In this document: positions 16,134 to 29,714 of the stretch, piece after piece
Layout of the letters: each line of letters opens with the position of its first letter
Position numbering within the stretch: the stretch's first letter is position 1
Assembly: GCF_009914755.1 (NCBI RefSeq)
Contig: NC_060932.1
Source: the human T2T-CHM13v2.0 reference genome, Homo sapiens
Direction: 5' to 3' (one strand)
Length of the DNA stretch: 64,000 bases
Position numbers and translations under genes: made by a program
Notes under the pieces: model-generated
Database searches by the model: none
What the model saw: only the letters and a program-made list of their open reading frames with translations
Told to the model about the DNA's origin: nothing

Positions 16134-16696
16134 AAAATAGTTTTTCTTAAGTCCTTAATTGCAATTCCTAAATTTCTTCCCACCTTTCTTTTTGATGCCA
16201 CACCCCCTTCCCTTTTTGTTTTCCTATTTTACGTCCTTTTTTTCCTTCTTTTTATCTTGTTTCTTTCCTTAGTTCAGAATGTAGTAGCTGGAGAGAGAGT
16301 TTCAGAGTTTTTGAACAACTCTCCTTAACCTTTTCCAAACCCCAAACTCTGGTCTTTGGTCCTATGTAGTAAGTAATTTTCATGAGGAACTAAAGTGATT
16401 ATAACTTCATTCATGAACTTGACAGACTGTGAAGAATTTTTCATTGCCAAAGTAGATTTTATTATAAACTCTGAGGCAGAATTACTAGATTTCATAGATC
16501 CACATGGACATAGCTTGTCCAAAAATTGCTTTAGAATTAGTTAAGAAAATATTTTTTTGCTAAATACTAGTAAACTTAATGATTCACGTAAGAGAAAAAC
16601 AAGTGCACAGGTGTGATAAAACTGTGATTTCTGTTCCAGAAAAGTGGTAACACAGAGCAGGTATTTATAGTCTGCTCATTTACTATTTTCAACATC

Positions 16697-17019
<323 letters not shown>

Positions 17020-17201
17020 TGTTTTCAACATCTGAAGTATTGATCGCTTCTAGGAATAAAGACAAAGCAACATAACAGCACATTTTTATTAAAAGCATTG
17101 ATTTTGAAAATGCTCAGACAGCGATGTCTGTCTTTCTCTTAGCTAATCTCCCTTGATGTTAAAGACATTGTTTGAATAAGTATCCTACACACAAATGTTA
17201 A

Positions 17202-17330
<129 letters not shown>

Positions 17331-19339
17331 TAAGTGCAACCCCTGCTCTGCCCTTGCCCGAAAGATTTGCCAGCATTTTCCCCGGCAGTGTCCCTCCGCT
17401 AATGCAACTGATCTAGGATGTGCCCCATGTCGTACTGATTGTAATTACGGAGATTGCCCTTGAAACACCCAATGGCTAAGTGTGATTACACATAAATGCT
17501 CTCAGAAATAAATGGATATTATTCTATTTTGCAAGTTCTATCATGAATTCAAAAAGAAAAGCTCACACAGGCACTACTAAAATTTGAAATCCAGCTGTGA
17601 CAAACAACCAAAATCCCATTTTCATTTATACTTCTGTGACTGTACATGCTGTTCCTTCTAGCATGATTGCCTTTCCCATATGTGTTTGTATGGGAAACTC
17701 CTATTTCACTGCAAAACCTAGCTTAGATGTCATTTTCTCCTTGGAGTCTTGCTTGAGTTTCCTTCCTCTCTGTACTCCCTTAGCATCTTGTCATATTGAC
17801 CTATGATAAACTTTATCATATCTTGTTGCAATATATTGTCACATGTTCCTTTGCCCAACCTGAATATGAGTTTTCTGGAGGCAGACATATTTCTTTGGAT
17901 TTTATTTATTACTCATCATAGTAAACATCAAATATCTGAACAGATTTCAAGAATGTCTGAATGAAGAAATGAATGATTTTTTTGTTTGTTATCTCAAATA
18001 TTTACAGTTCACACAGCATCATAAGAAAGGACTCCCATTGACTTTAAAATAAATGAACATAAATAATAGCCATCAGAGAAATGCTCTGGTTTTGATTTCC
18101 ATGGTGATGAGGGTAGGCAACCATCTATCTTGAAGGGGGGAAAAGCTAAATAATTTCTTTTACATTTGATTGCTTTTACACATTTGTATTTTAACAAAAA
18201 ATAGGTTCTTCCAAACACTGCCACAGACAAAACACTATTTCTCTTCACAGAGCAGTTACCAGAGTGGGAATGATGGCTGCAGCATTTGTGAAGTAATATT
18301 TCATTCTGAAAAACCATGTGGGTAGTGAAAGTGCTTTCAAAGGGAAAACAAACTTTCCCCCTGAAAATGGTTGGAGCACTCATGTTCTAATTGCACTTAT
18401 TTTTAGTGCTGACTCCTAACTCTATTTAATCCTGAAGTTTTGTTAATGTCGTCTTTCACAGTTGATTAGGTTAGAATCTAAGGCTTTATATTGCTAAAGG
18501 ATTATTTTTACATACGCATTCTCCATCCAGCACCTTGGGAAGCATGGTATATTTGGATAATAGACACAGTGAAGTGTTAAAATTCCAATAAGAAAACAAG
18601 ACCATGGCTCAGCAAGGTGTTCTTAGCTAGACCTATAAACACTAATAAACAGTGGGGTGGGGATCAGACTTCAGCACCCTGATCAATAAACCAGTGTGCA
18701 AGCTGAACACAAGAAAAGAAACCAATGAATTTGCTTTTTTTTTCTTTATTGGGTGATGTTAAAAACACTCGAAACGAAACGCAATAAAATGAGCCAGCCA
18801 TAAAGTTGACATTATCTACAAGGGAGTAATAGGCCTGAGAGAGAAAGCAAGAGTAATTTTTAAAATTTATTTTATTTATTCTTTCATTCATTCTGCAAAT
18901 ATTTATTGAGGACCTCAGAAATGCAAAGCACTCTGCTATGCCCCAAGGAGAGTATAAACCTGAATTAGAAATAGCCCTGGCCTTCACACAGTTTTCAATT
19001 AAAAAGATGAGGTGAAGAAGGCATAATTACAAGGAAAGGTAGAAAACAGGAATCACCCTGTGGAGGTGCAGAGAGAATGCCAAGGAGCACAGAGGGGCTG
19101 GGATCTCTCCCAGCTGAGAACCTGGACTCCAGCCCCAAAGACAGTGAGTTGAAGAACACATTTGGCAGTCAAGGTAAGGCCATCCATGAGCAAAGCTGGG
19201 ATAATATTTCTGGAAACATCTTCATGGAGCTGAAGTTTGCTATCTCTGTCTGAGATACTATTTGATTCAAATCCTCAACCCATCCTTATCAGAGTTTTCC
19301 TCTTACCATCCTCTTGATGTTTTAAAAAATTTACTCAGA

Positions 19340-20480
19340 GCAATATATATTGAATTTCTGCTGTGTGTCTATAGGTGTCAGGCCCCTTGCTAAAAGCTAG
19401 AGGACTAAAGACATAGTGTCCTCCACCAGTTGTTGAAGTGTAGTAGAGTAACAATGGAATAGAATGAAAATAGTACACAGTGTGTGATGGAAATAGGCAT
19501 AGATTGTCATGAGAACACAGAGAAGGGACATAATGCAGCCTAAGGACAGAGAGAAGAGGTCACAGAATACTCCTGGGCCTGTCAGCATTGTAATGCATGT
19601 CCCATACTGGGGATGCAATAGTACCAAGGACCACAGAAGAAGTGTTGTTTTGAGAACTATGCCTAGACCTCAATGACTGGTGGTTGAATGTGATTCAAGT
19701 ATGATGTGAAGTGAGACTGGAGATATAGGCAGAGCCAGATCAGAGAGACTTGTAGGAGTACAGAAGAGTTTTGATTTTAACTTGAAGACAATAGGGAGGC
19801 ATGCATAAGCAATCTTCTTATCTGGATGATTTGAATTTTAGAATTTATCTCTGGCAACATCAGGATGGCCCATTTGAGGACAGCTAAGACTGAAGCAGGA
19901 GCTTAAAAAAAATTATGGTAGTATTGAGGCCAAGATGAGAGGATGGGTTAGAGAGATGTTTAGAAGACAGAATCAATAGTCTTTGGACACGAATTGGATA
20001 AAGGAGTTTAGGGAAAAGGAAGATTCTAGGATGACCACCAAATCTTTGGCTTGGATAATGAGGTGCTGGTGGTTCTTTCCTCTGAGACAGTGGGTGCAGA
20101 AGGGAAGCACACGCACAGGGAGGAGATGGGGAGCTCAGCTTGGTAGTACTGAGATTGAGCATCAATCCTCATCCCTGGAGAGGACATTGTGGACAGTGGA
20201 ATACACTGGTCAAAAGCCAAGGAGAAAAGAATAGGTGGCACTATAGTCCTATGAGTCTTTGATATTTAGGAGGTAGGTGAAGACACAGAAATCAATTTAG
20301 TTACCACAATGTATGGGTAAGAGAGATGAGAGGAGGTCAGGACACCCTCAGGGGATGTCAGCACTGAAGAGAAAGCAGAGGAAGCGGGGCTACAGAATCT
20401 AAAGTGAGCTATGGACTGGAGATGGTTGTTCTGGCATTCAAAAAGGAGCAATCAGCCATAGTCACACTACTGGGAGAGTG
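19340..20480 (+). mobile_element. L2 remnant
   Basis: Purine-rich decayed L2-like sequence (ggaagattctaggatgac...ggcttggataatgagg). Strand follows the purine-rich sense and is not certain. Confidence 0.55.
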
Positions 20481-21000
20481 AATATAATAATTTAGGAAAT
20501 CAGAAAGCTAGAAAGCAGAGTATCAGAGTTTAATAATTCTGAGGTAGGTAAAGCCTGCTCTGGGAAGGGATGTTTCTTGGACACCCTTGGCTCCAGTGCA
20601 TTTTGCATTCTCCCCTTTAGCAATCTGTGTCTAAAAGATGTGTCCAGAACTGCTTTTGGCATTGGGGTATTAAGATGGATGAGAAATGCTTCATGCACAC
20701 AAAGAGCTTGCAGCCTAGTAGAATACAAAGATAAAATAAATTTAGAGAATCAAGTGAATGGGTATTGTGATAGGATAGAATGGGTATGTGAGGAGGGAGT
20801 ACAAAGGACCTTCCCCCTCCCAGTTTCATACATTGGCTCTTCAGGGCAATAAGCCCCTCTTCCTCAGGAACCAAATATTACATTCCAGATGTCAGATTGC
20901 ACATCCAGCACACTGGCTTTATTCACAAAATAAAGTTTTTGTTATGTCACAAAATCTGGAACTCTTGTGCTATGAAAACCTGATTTTCTTTAGTTGCTTA

Positions 21001-21696
<696 letters not shown>

Positions 21697-24035
21697 TTAT
21701 TTAGTCAGGAGTTTTTTCCTGTCTGAGACTCAGTTTTCTCATTTGTGAGATTGGGAGAATTGCCTTGGGACAGAGTATGATTGATGCTTTAACCTTGAAA
21801 GAGGCGTTTACTTTGTGGTCTCCTTTCACATAACTTTTATTGTTGCTGTGTAGAAAGGTGAAAGGCACCATCTATAGCATGAAGTTGGAAAGTTCTGCTC
21901 TGGCAGATTTGCATTTGGTCAGGAAATTTGGGCTACCTAAGCTCAAACAAGAATAGGAGAAAGAAGGCCAAAACCAAACCTTTTTCGTGCAGGGCCACTG
22001 ATGTGAGTGGAATGAGTATACAAAAGGGCCCCAAATGATGGGCAGACCAAGGCCTCACTCTGCCCAACAATTTATCTGCCAAAAAATAAATGCTTCAGTG
22101 CAGGATGAGAGTCCAACTCTTATCTATTACATTTCACTTAGAAACTTCATCTGCCTGTTCTGAATTCCCAAAGCTCTGCAATTTCCATTGCAAATGTGTT
22201 TGAACTCAAATAACCCTGAGTCACTTCCAAGAAGCCTCACAGAAGCTGAATCTGCCCAGTTCCACAATACCCAGAGCTACTATTTCATTAGGTGATCACA
22301 GGGAGTAGCCTTTTCTTCAATTTGCAAGGCAGACATTTCAAAGACTCGTCTACCCAGTGCTATTAGTTACATTATGTGGAAACGTGCTGAGCAAGGTAAT
22401 GGAATGTGATGGCTCAGCCCAGATCTCATGGGGCAGGACATTCGCCACCCATCTTCCCATTCCTGTCCTACGTGACTAAGCCCATTGTGCCTTTTCAATC
22501 ATTAGGCAGCACTGTCAGGGAAATAAGAGGAAGGAAATTAAGAAGAAAAAGAGCCTCCTTATTCTTTCATTATCCCAGCCCTGGGAATGCAATTTGAAGT
22601 AACACCATATTCTTCAGCTGCAAAAGAACCTTTGAAGTACATCGGGTCAATTGAATGTATTCTTTTCTCTGGGAAGGATGAAATAAGCTTCTTCTGATGT
22701 GAGATGTCTTTATTTCAGTATTCGCCTCTTGCATGGAGATAACATGTAGTGCATCAACCACCTTCCGGACTTGAAATACGTTTTGCAAACCTCCAAAGTC
22801 AATAGCTTCTTCTACGTGTTCTCATACTAGGAAAGCTCATTTTGTTAACCAGGAGTTATAACTCAATATTAAATCTTGCTCATTCTTCTCCTTTGATCTA
22901 TAATTAGCATGGGATTAAATGTCAAAGGGAGAGGAAATTTATAATTTGCTAAATTGATCAACAACATTGAAGCTGTTTTCAATTTAGTCGGTAAAAGGGA
23001 TTGAATCACCACAGCTAGTCCTGGGTTGTAGTGCTTTTATGAAAAGATGCCATGTGGAAATCTGCAGCTTATATTTTGACATCATTAGTCCAAGCTCTGC
23101 AGTGGGACCAGTGTGGCCATGGGTGCTGTTTAGAGAACAGGCATAGTCCAATCCAGCATTTTAGTTCAGCCAATCAATCTCTCAGGATATGCTGTAAGTA
23201 ATGCATATGGCCTTGAGATCACTAGGGCTATCAAGCAGCTATTATGTTCCCTTTTACTTTGGTTCTGCTGTTATCATTTAACCACTGAGGAGAATGTGGA
23301 GCACCAGAACTTGTGTGACTGTAGTTAAACCCCCTGAGTTTTCCTTGAATGCTGCATAGTCTTGAACAACTAGACCTGGGCTGCAATGGGAAGCATTTCC
23401 AGGCATCTCCATGGTTTAAGTGGATCCTTGACCCACTTGGAGAGCCCACAGTCGGGTGAGTGGGCCCTGGGCAGAGCTGGGTAATTTATCCTTAGGAAAC
23501 TCTAGCCAATTGTGCCTTTGAGATTTAGGTCTCAGGAATCTTGCCATGTCAGCCTATCCACAGCCAACTGCCTGCACTCTGGGGATAGTACAAAATGAAG
23601 CACATTTCTAAAACAAGTCAGAAAATCAGTAGACCCCTATGAGATAGGTGCCATCTTGCTACAAAATAATCATGATAGACATGATGGTAATTATCGTAAT
23701 AATATCATTTCCTGGAATCCAGAGAGTAGGTTTTACCACAAGTGTGGTGAACAGCCTGGGCGGTTGGCACTGGAGAAAAAGCAGCAGGTTTAAAAAATTC
23801 AGGATTGCTTCATCCACAGCCATCAAGCTATGCAGAGGGGCACTGGTGTTTTCTAAATCATAGAATCTAATTTTTGGAGTTTGCCAATTCATATGTTATT
23901 TTTAGTGAAATAGACAATCCGATCATGACTCACGAAACAAGAAATTATCATCAATGTATTTGTTCTACCAATAAAGACACCTCATGTCATGGTAATACAC
24001 TAAGTCACTGTCAAACTTTACCATGCCTTTTCTAG

Positions 24036-24081
24036 GCTGTACAAGCTGTGCGAGCCGCCTCCCCCAGCTGGAGAAGAATGA
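24036..24081 (+). CDS. PREX2: PREX2 last exon, coding part
   Basis: Acceptor atgccttttctAG ends at 24035. The first G completes AGG (Arg), then LYKLCEPPPPAGEE and TGA at 24079-24081. Phase matches the previous exon. Confidence 0.96.
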
Positions 24082-24120
24082 AAAGAACTCCCAAGAAACC
24101 AGGCAGGCAGAAGCTCCTGA

Positions 24121-24261
24121 ATGCTGGACTAGACAAACTACATGCTGGCTAAACATTCTCCACTGAAGATACATCAATGCTTTTTTTTTTTTTTTTCTGT
24201 AAATCTTTCTTCCCATTGCAAACAAGTAGTGATCAGTTTATACTTTGATATTTATGCTGGA
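24121..24261 (+). promoter_or_regulatory. Cluster of three miR-338-3p seed matches
   Basis: ATGCTGGA 24121-24128, ATGCTGG 24142-24148, ATGCTGGA 24254-24261. Complementary to the miR-338-3p seed CCAGCAU (miRNA sequence from memory). Confidence 0.65.
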
Positions 24262-24340
24262 AATGGATAGAAGTTCAATCAGACAGTTCAGCTTCACGAA
24301 CTGATGTCTCTCTGTATTGACATTAAGTATTCACTTTTAG

Positions 24341-24346
24341 AGTAAA
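24341..24346 (+). terminator. Candidate proximal poly(A) signal AGTAAA (ATTAAA also at 24419-24424)
   Basis: Variant hexamer ~20 nt upstream of CA plus an A-rich tract (24361-24374). The A tract could also cause oligo-dT internal priming. Confidence 0.35.
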
Positions 24347-25321
24347 ATCCATCCCTGGGACATAAAGAAAAAAATATTAGAGATTTAAAAATTAACCACC
24401 ATGCCTCCTCTCCCATTCATTAAAATGGTTTTATTATGTTTGTTTTCATCTTTTCCAAGTGAACACATGTAATAATGGAGAGTTCCTCTTGAAGAAGGCC
24501 ATTATTGAAGAAACCTGGCGACATCTTGCAAATCATCATGAGAAATGTTAAGGACAATATAGACTGTGTGCTATACATTTTCAGTCCCCCATTTGCAAGA
24601 GAGAAAGTCATTAATGTGTAAAAGGTGGAAAAGCATGCTTTACTCTTTCTCCTAAGGGCTTATTTCTTACTAGAGGAGAAGAAAGCTGACTAAGGCCTCC
24701 AGCAGGACTCACTTTCTTCTAGCTGCCTTTGGGCATCCTTTATTCTTGTGGACAGCTCTAGCAAATCAATGCTATTTTTGGTGTCTGCAATGGGCATGGC
24801 TTCCTTGGGCCATGAATACTGGGTGCTGTGCCATAATGGCCCTGGGGATCAGGGAAGTGCCCTGGGGATCAGGGAGGGGAACCAGGATGAAGAAGGGGAC
24901 TGTAAGCCTATTTTAAAACTAAACCTTTAAGTTAGATACCTAAAACTCTTAATTTTATGAAGGCTCTCATATGAGAGGTCAGACTCTTCAAAGAATACAC
25001 CATCATGAGAATTTTTCTGTTAAGATATATGTATAAGATATGAAAATAAGGCTTTATTTGTACTTTAAAAGGACCATTAGGGGACTTTGTAATTTATGGA
25101 TGCACAAGGTGTATTCTATCCTTATTCTAAAGTATATGTAATGTTTATCATTTCTACATTGATGCAATAACATTGTTTTTAGCATAGTAAATACAGTAAT
25201 ATTTATTTTAAATCCATAATTTTCAAACAAAACACTCATGATTGTGATAATTATATGGGTTTACACTAATTTAGTATGTGAAATGCTTTTCATATCTAAA
25301 GTATGTGCAAACTATTATTAA

Positions 25322-25619
25322 TTTTTTTTTTATTTTTTGAAACTGAGTCTCACTCTGTTACCCAGACTGGAGTGCGGTGGTGCAATCTTGGCTCACTGCA
25401 ACCTCCACCTCCTGGGTTCAAGCCATTCTCTTGCCTCAGCCTCCCAGGAGCTGGGACTACAGGCGTGCACCACCATGCTCAGCTAATTTTTGTATTTTTA
25501 GTAGAGACGTGTTTTCACCATGTTGGCCAGGCTGGTCTTGAACTCCTGACATCAAGTGATCCACCCACCTCAGCCTCCCAAAGTGCTAGGATTACAGGCG
25601 TGAGCCGCTGCTCCCGGCC
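25322..25619 (-). mobile_element. Alu (AluS-like) in the PREX2 3'UTR, antisense
   Basis: Antisense Alu dimer with TSD attattaa(a)tttt. Confidence 0.93.
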
Positions 25620-26279
25620 GATTATTAAATTTTAATTTATGAAATTTGATCATGGTTTTCAAACTATTATTAAAACCTTTATCATTAACCATTATGTATT
25701 GAATAACAAAAATACCATGTTACATGTGTAGGCAATATGTGTATACTACTAGGTAAGGTAATAATAATTGTTATTTGGCACAGAAGCTCTAGAGACTTTT
25801 GTGAGAAGTCCACATACAATGAAAAACAAGGAACCTAACATCAGAGTTTTCGAGAAAAAGTTGAACATTTTGAATTTAATAAAGATATCTTTACAAAAAT
25901 AACCTTCAAGGATTTAACATTTGTAGGACTAATGAGAGAACACAGCTGATTAGCTAGCAAGTCCTTTCATATTGTCATGACTGTTTTCTCATCACCATCC
26001 TGGAAGCAGTAATCCTCATTAGAGGCATGCAAGGGTCATTAAAATGATTTCAGTTGTACTTTGCCATATTTCATGGGGCAAATTATCAGCTATATTGTGG
26101 TATTTATAAGCTAACATATTTTATATTTTTAAGGATCTACTTTCTTCATAATAGAATGTGCTTCATATTATTTTTAGGGTTAAACATAAGTGTGTCGTCT
26201 ATCATGCTTGGTACTTACTAAATGCTCAAAAATTAGTAATGGTTTATATTAACATCAGTCACTCTAACTTCTGATCGTA

Positions 26280-26530
26280 ATAAAAATTGTAGCTAACACT
26301 TATTAAGGGATTACTACATGCCCAGTAATACCTCCAAATGCTTTGCCTGTATTCTGTTGTTATTGCTTCACTTAAACCTCATAATAATGACGTGACATGG
26401 TACTCTTTTTATCGCGCCCATTTTTAGAGTTGAGGAACCAAAGCAAAGAATAACCCAGTGACTTGCACAAAGTCACATGATTGACAAGGGGTAGAACCAA
26501 AATTTGAACCCAGGAAGTCTGCCTTCTTAA
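26280..26530 (-). mobile_element. MIR in the 3'UTR
   Basis: gctaacacttatt...aacctcataataat...cccattttagagttgaggaacc...gtgacttgcacaaagtcacat MIR core. Confidence 0.7.
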
Positions 26531-29500
26531 TGCATTATGCTACTTTTCCTTATCAATATAAGAACTATTGTAATATTACGATGATTTGTAAGTAAATTTG
26601 GAGTCATGCGGCATGTGTTGTCATTAAATTATACATCTTGTGTTAAAAAACGGTGAATGGAAATATGTAAATGCTTTAATTATATGAAAATTATAGTGTT
26701 TCCTGGACATTTTACAACTCTGGATGCACATTTTGAGGTAACTCAACAGTGTTGCAATCTGAAAAACTATTTTGTATCATGTTCCTCCTCATCAAAAATA
26801 ACAGTTTTAGATAGTACATCGCATACAACTTTATTATAATTCCAACACAGTGGTAAGAGTAAAAAACATACCTAATGGATGAATGAATAATGACAATTTT
26901 TTCAATGCCATATGTACCTCCATGTGACATTGGGCATTAAATGGCCTTGAGGTTTTAGGATGTGTTTACCTTAATGCTACATGCTCCTCTATAACCAGTG
27001 CACCTTCAAATACTGCTAAAACCTGCTAACTTCTTCCAGGTTCTGAGCATGGACAACTCCCACCGCCCCCCAACCTAAAAGGGAAGGTCATGCATAGAAA
27101 GTTTGGATTTTAACTTAGAGCCTGACTCAAAAATAATTGTGAACTAAAAATTCATAGTCAATACTTTTTAAGCATTCTATTATCTCCTATAATTTTTTCT
27201 AATATTAATTCCAAATATTACAAAATTTAATGTGATATTAAAGTATGAAAAATTTGAGAAGATTAGAATTTTACATGTATTTCCATTCCTATTTAAAGAG
27301 AGAAAATGGGGAGATAATTTCTGTGCTAGTTTTACTTATATTGGATATATAATATTGAATTTATAGTATAAGCTTTATTTTATCAGTTCGCAAATCTGAA
27401 GTCTCATACTGTTTTCTGTCTCTTTAAAACACATTCTTCTGGTGGCTTGGGTTCACTGTGCATTCATTGGCCACTCTTCTTGCAGCAAATTTTAAATCAA
27501 TTTAAAATTAGGTAAACTTTTTATGATACTATAATATATATGACGTTGAAATGACATTGGTTCTGAGTCTATTAATTTAAATTTTGGGATCATTACATGC
27601 AGAATGAAATGAAATTGACCTTGATACTAACTTTGAGAGCCAAAAAAATGAATGGGTAAACAAAGCCTAAGGGTCATGTTAATTAATTTAACAAAACAAA
27701 CTATTTTCAGTCCTTTGGGCTTGTACATTTTATAGACAAAATTAGTATTTATTGATTTGGAAGTGTTCAATTGAGAGTAAATGACTCTGTGTTTTGAAAC
27801 TAATACCTTTGCATTTAAAATACTGAAGTATTATTTTGTTAGTTCAAGTAGATCTTTTCCTGTGTAGCATGATTTAATGCAGAGCAGTTATTCACTTATA
27901 CTTCTGAAAAGCCATAATATTGAAATTTAAAATGAATAGTCTTACTTTAAGGTCACTTTTACTTTACATTTTACTTTAAAGGTCGTTTTTAGACTTTATG
28001 CACTAGTGGTATTGAAACTAACCTTTAATATTTGACTAAATTGCTTGTGAATTTTTGGAAACTATGTTTAATTTTTAAAGACATTGTTATGTGAATTATC
28101 TTACTAAATTATCACTTAAGAACTCTCTCATAGCAGTAATTTCATTAACACATATATATACTAACCAATTTGCTAAATGAATTGTCGGTTGTCCTGCTTA
28201 AGTACTAGGGCCAAGCTTTGAAATGACTTAAAGTGATCTGAATTTTGATTGAGAAAAATAATCTGTCTTCTATCGAATGTTTGAACTTTTAGTGATGAGC
28301 CTCAGCAAAGTTTCACCCTGCATGAAGCAGAACAGGTGGGGGAAAATTACAAGAGGGGTCTGTACCAAAAATAGCCCCAGGATATTCCATTGAACAAATA
28401 TTGACCATTATCTTCCTAGGTGCTACAACTCCATACTAGTCATTACAGTCAGTCTTTGGTTTCACAAAAATGTTACTGCTTCAAAGGCTTGGCATTAACA
28501 GTGATGTCAGCATTCATACTGCCAACAATCTGCTGGTCATACATGGAAGACTGTTAAAGTGTGGTCTGTGCATCATTGAGCAATTGTTATGTAGACACAA
28601 GGCCTGCTTCACTCAGGATAGCTTGCTCCTCTCGCTGAGAAGAGATACCTGAAGTCTACTAAGTCTACTAAATGAGATATATATGTGTATGTATATGCCT
28701 ATATATATTATTATATTTACTAGTGTTTGTGATAATGTTATAAAAATTAATAAGATTGTTTTGTTTTGTATGAATGTACGACAAATCGAGTTGTTCAATG
28801 TATTGAATGAATGTCTTACTGTAAGCATCAGAGCTGTCCAACCATGTGTAAATGTACCTGGTCTTTTGATCACTGACACTACTTTGCTGTTCAATCTGGA
28901 ATCAACTGACCTGGCTCTGCCATTGAGAAATAACTAATTTAGAACAAAATTGTTAAATTTTAAAATTGCATTTCTACTAGAAATAGCTTTGGAGAGTTAA
29001 TTTTAGGTGCGAATAACAGGATAAATGCTATCTGATCAAGCATTCATCCGAAAAATGTTTTTGAGAATTCACTTTGTGCAAGGCACAGCCGTTGGGGCTG
29101 GTATATGTGTGGACATGTTTGATTTGAAAACCTTCGTGGTGTCTCTGTGTGTTATTGATCATCTGTGTCTTTTGCTTAAAATGGCATTATTTGTAACACA
29201 AACCTAATATCATATATACAAATATACTGTATGTAGCCAAGAACACTAAATTGGTAAGACGCTTTAGAAAATATACATTTGAATTTGAATATCTAATGCC
29301 TCAAGCAAATTTATTAGAGTTTCAGATGAATATATATTTTTGTAACTGGCAAGTAAATGAGTAGAACAGAGCTTTTTGCCTAAAAATATTTTTATAAGTA
29401 CTCATTTACATAGTATTCATTATTTTAAATGACAAAATATCAAATTGGTTCTATAAATAGTAATTGTTTTGAATATATCCATTCTTAACATCATATGAAA

Positions 29501-29708
29501 TCCAAAATTTAATGATAAATTTCATCTGGATGTGTTATTATAAAAGTCATCTTTTTTTCCTTTGTAAAATATCCATGTAACATAGCTTCCATTACTCCAT
29601 ATTTTATGTATGGTTAAAATTATCAAAGTGCATTATGTATTTTATATTGTTTATTTTTGTCTGCATGAAAGATTGGAATAGTAACCGTGTATGATAAATG
29701 TTAATAAT

Positions 29709-29714
29709 AATAAA
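29709..29714 (+). terminator. Distal polyadenylation signal AATAAA
   Basis: Canonical hexamer with five upstream TGTA motifs (29563, 29576, 29607, 29636, 29688) and T-rich sequence downstream. Confidence 0.75.
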
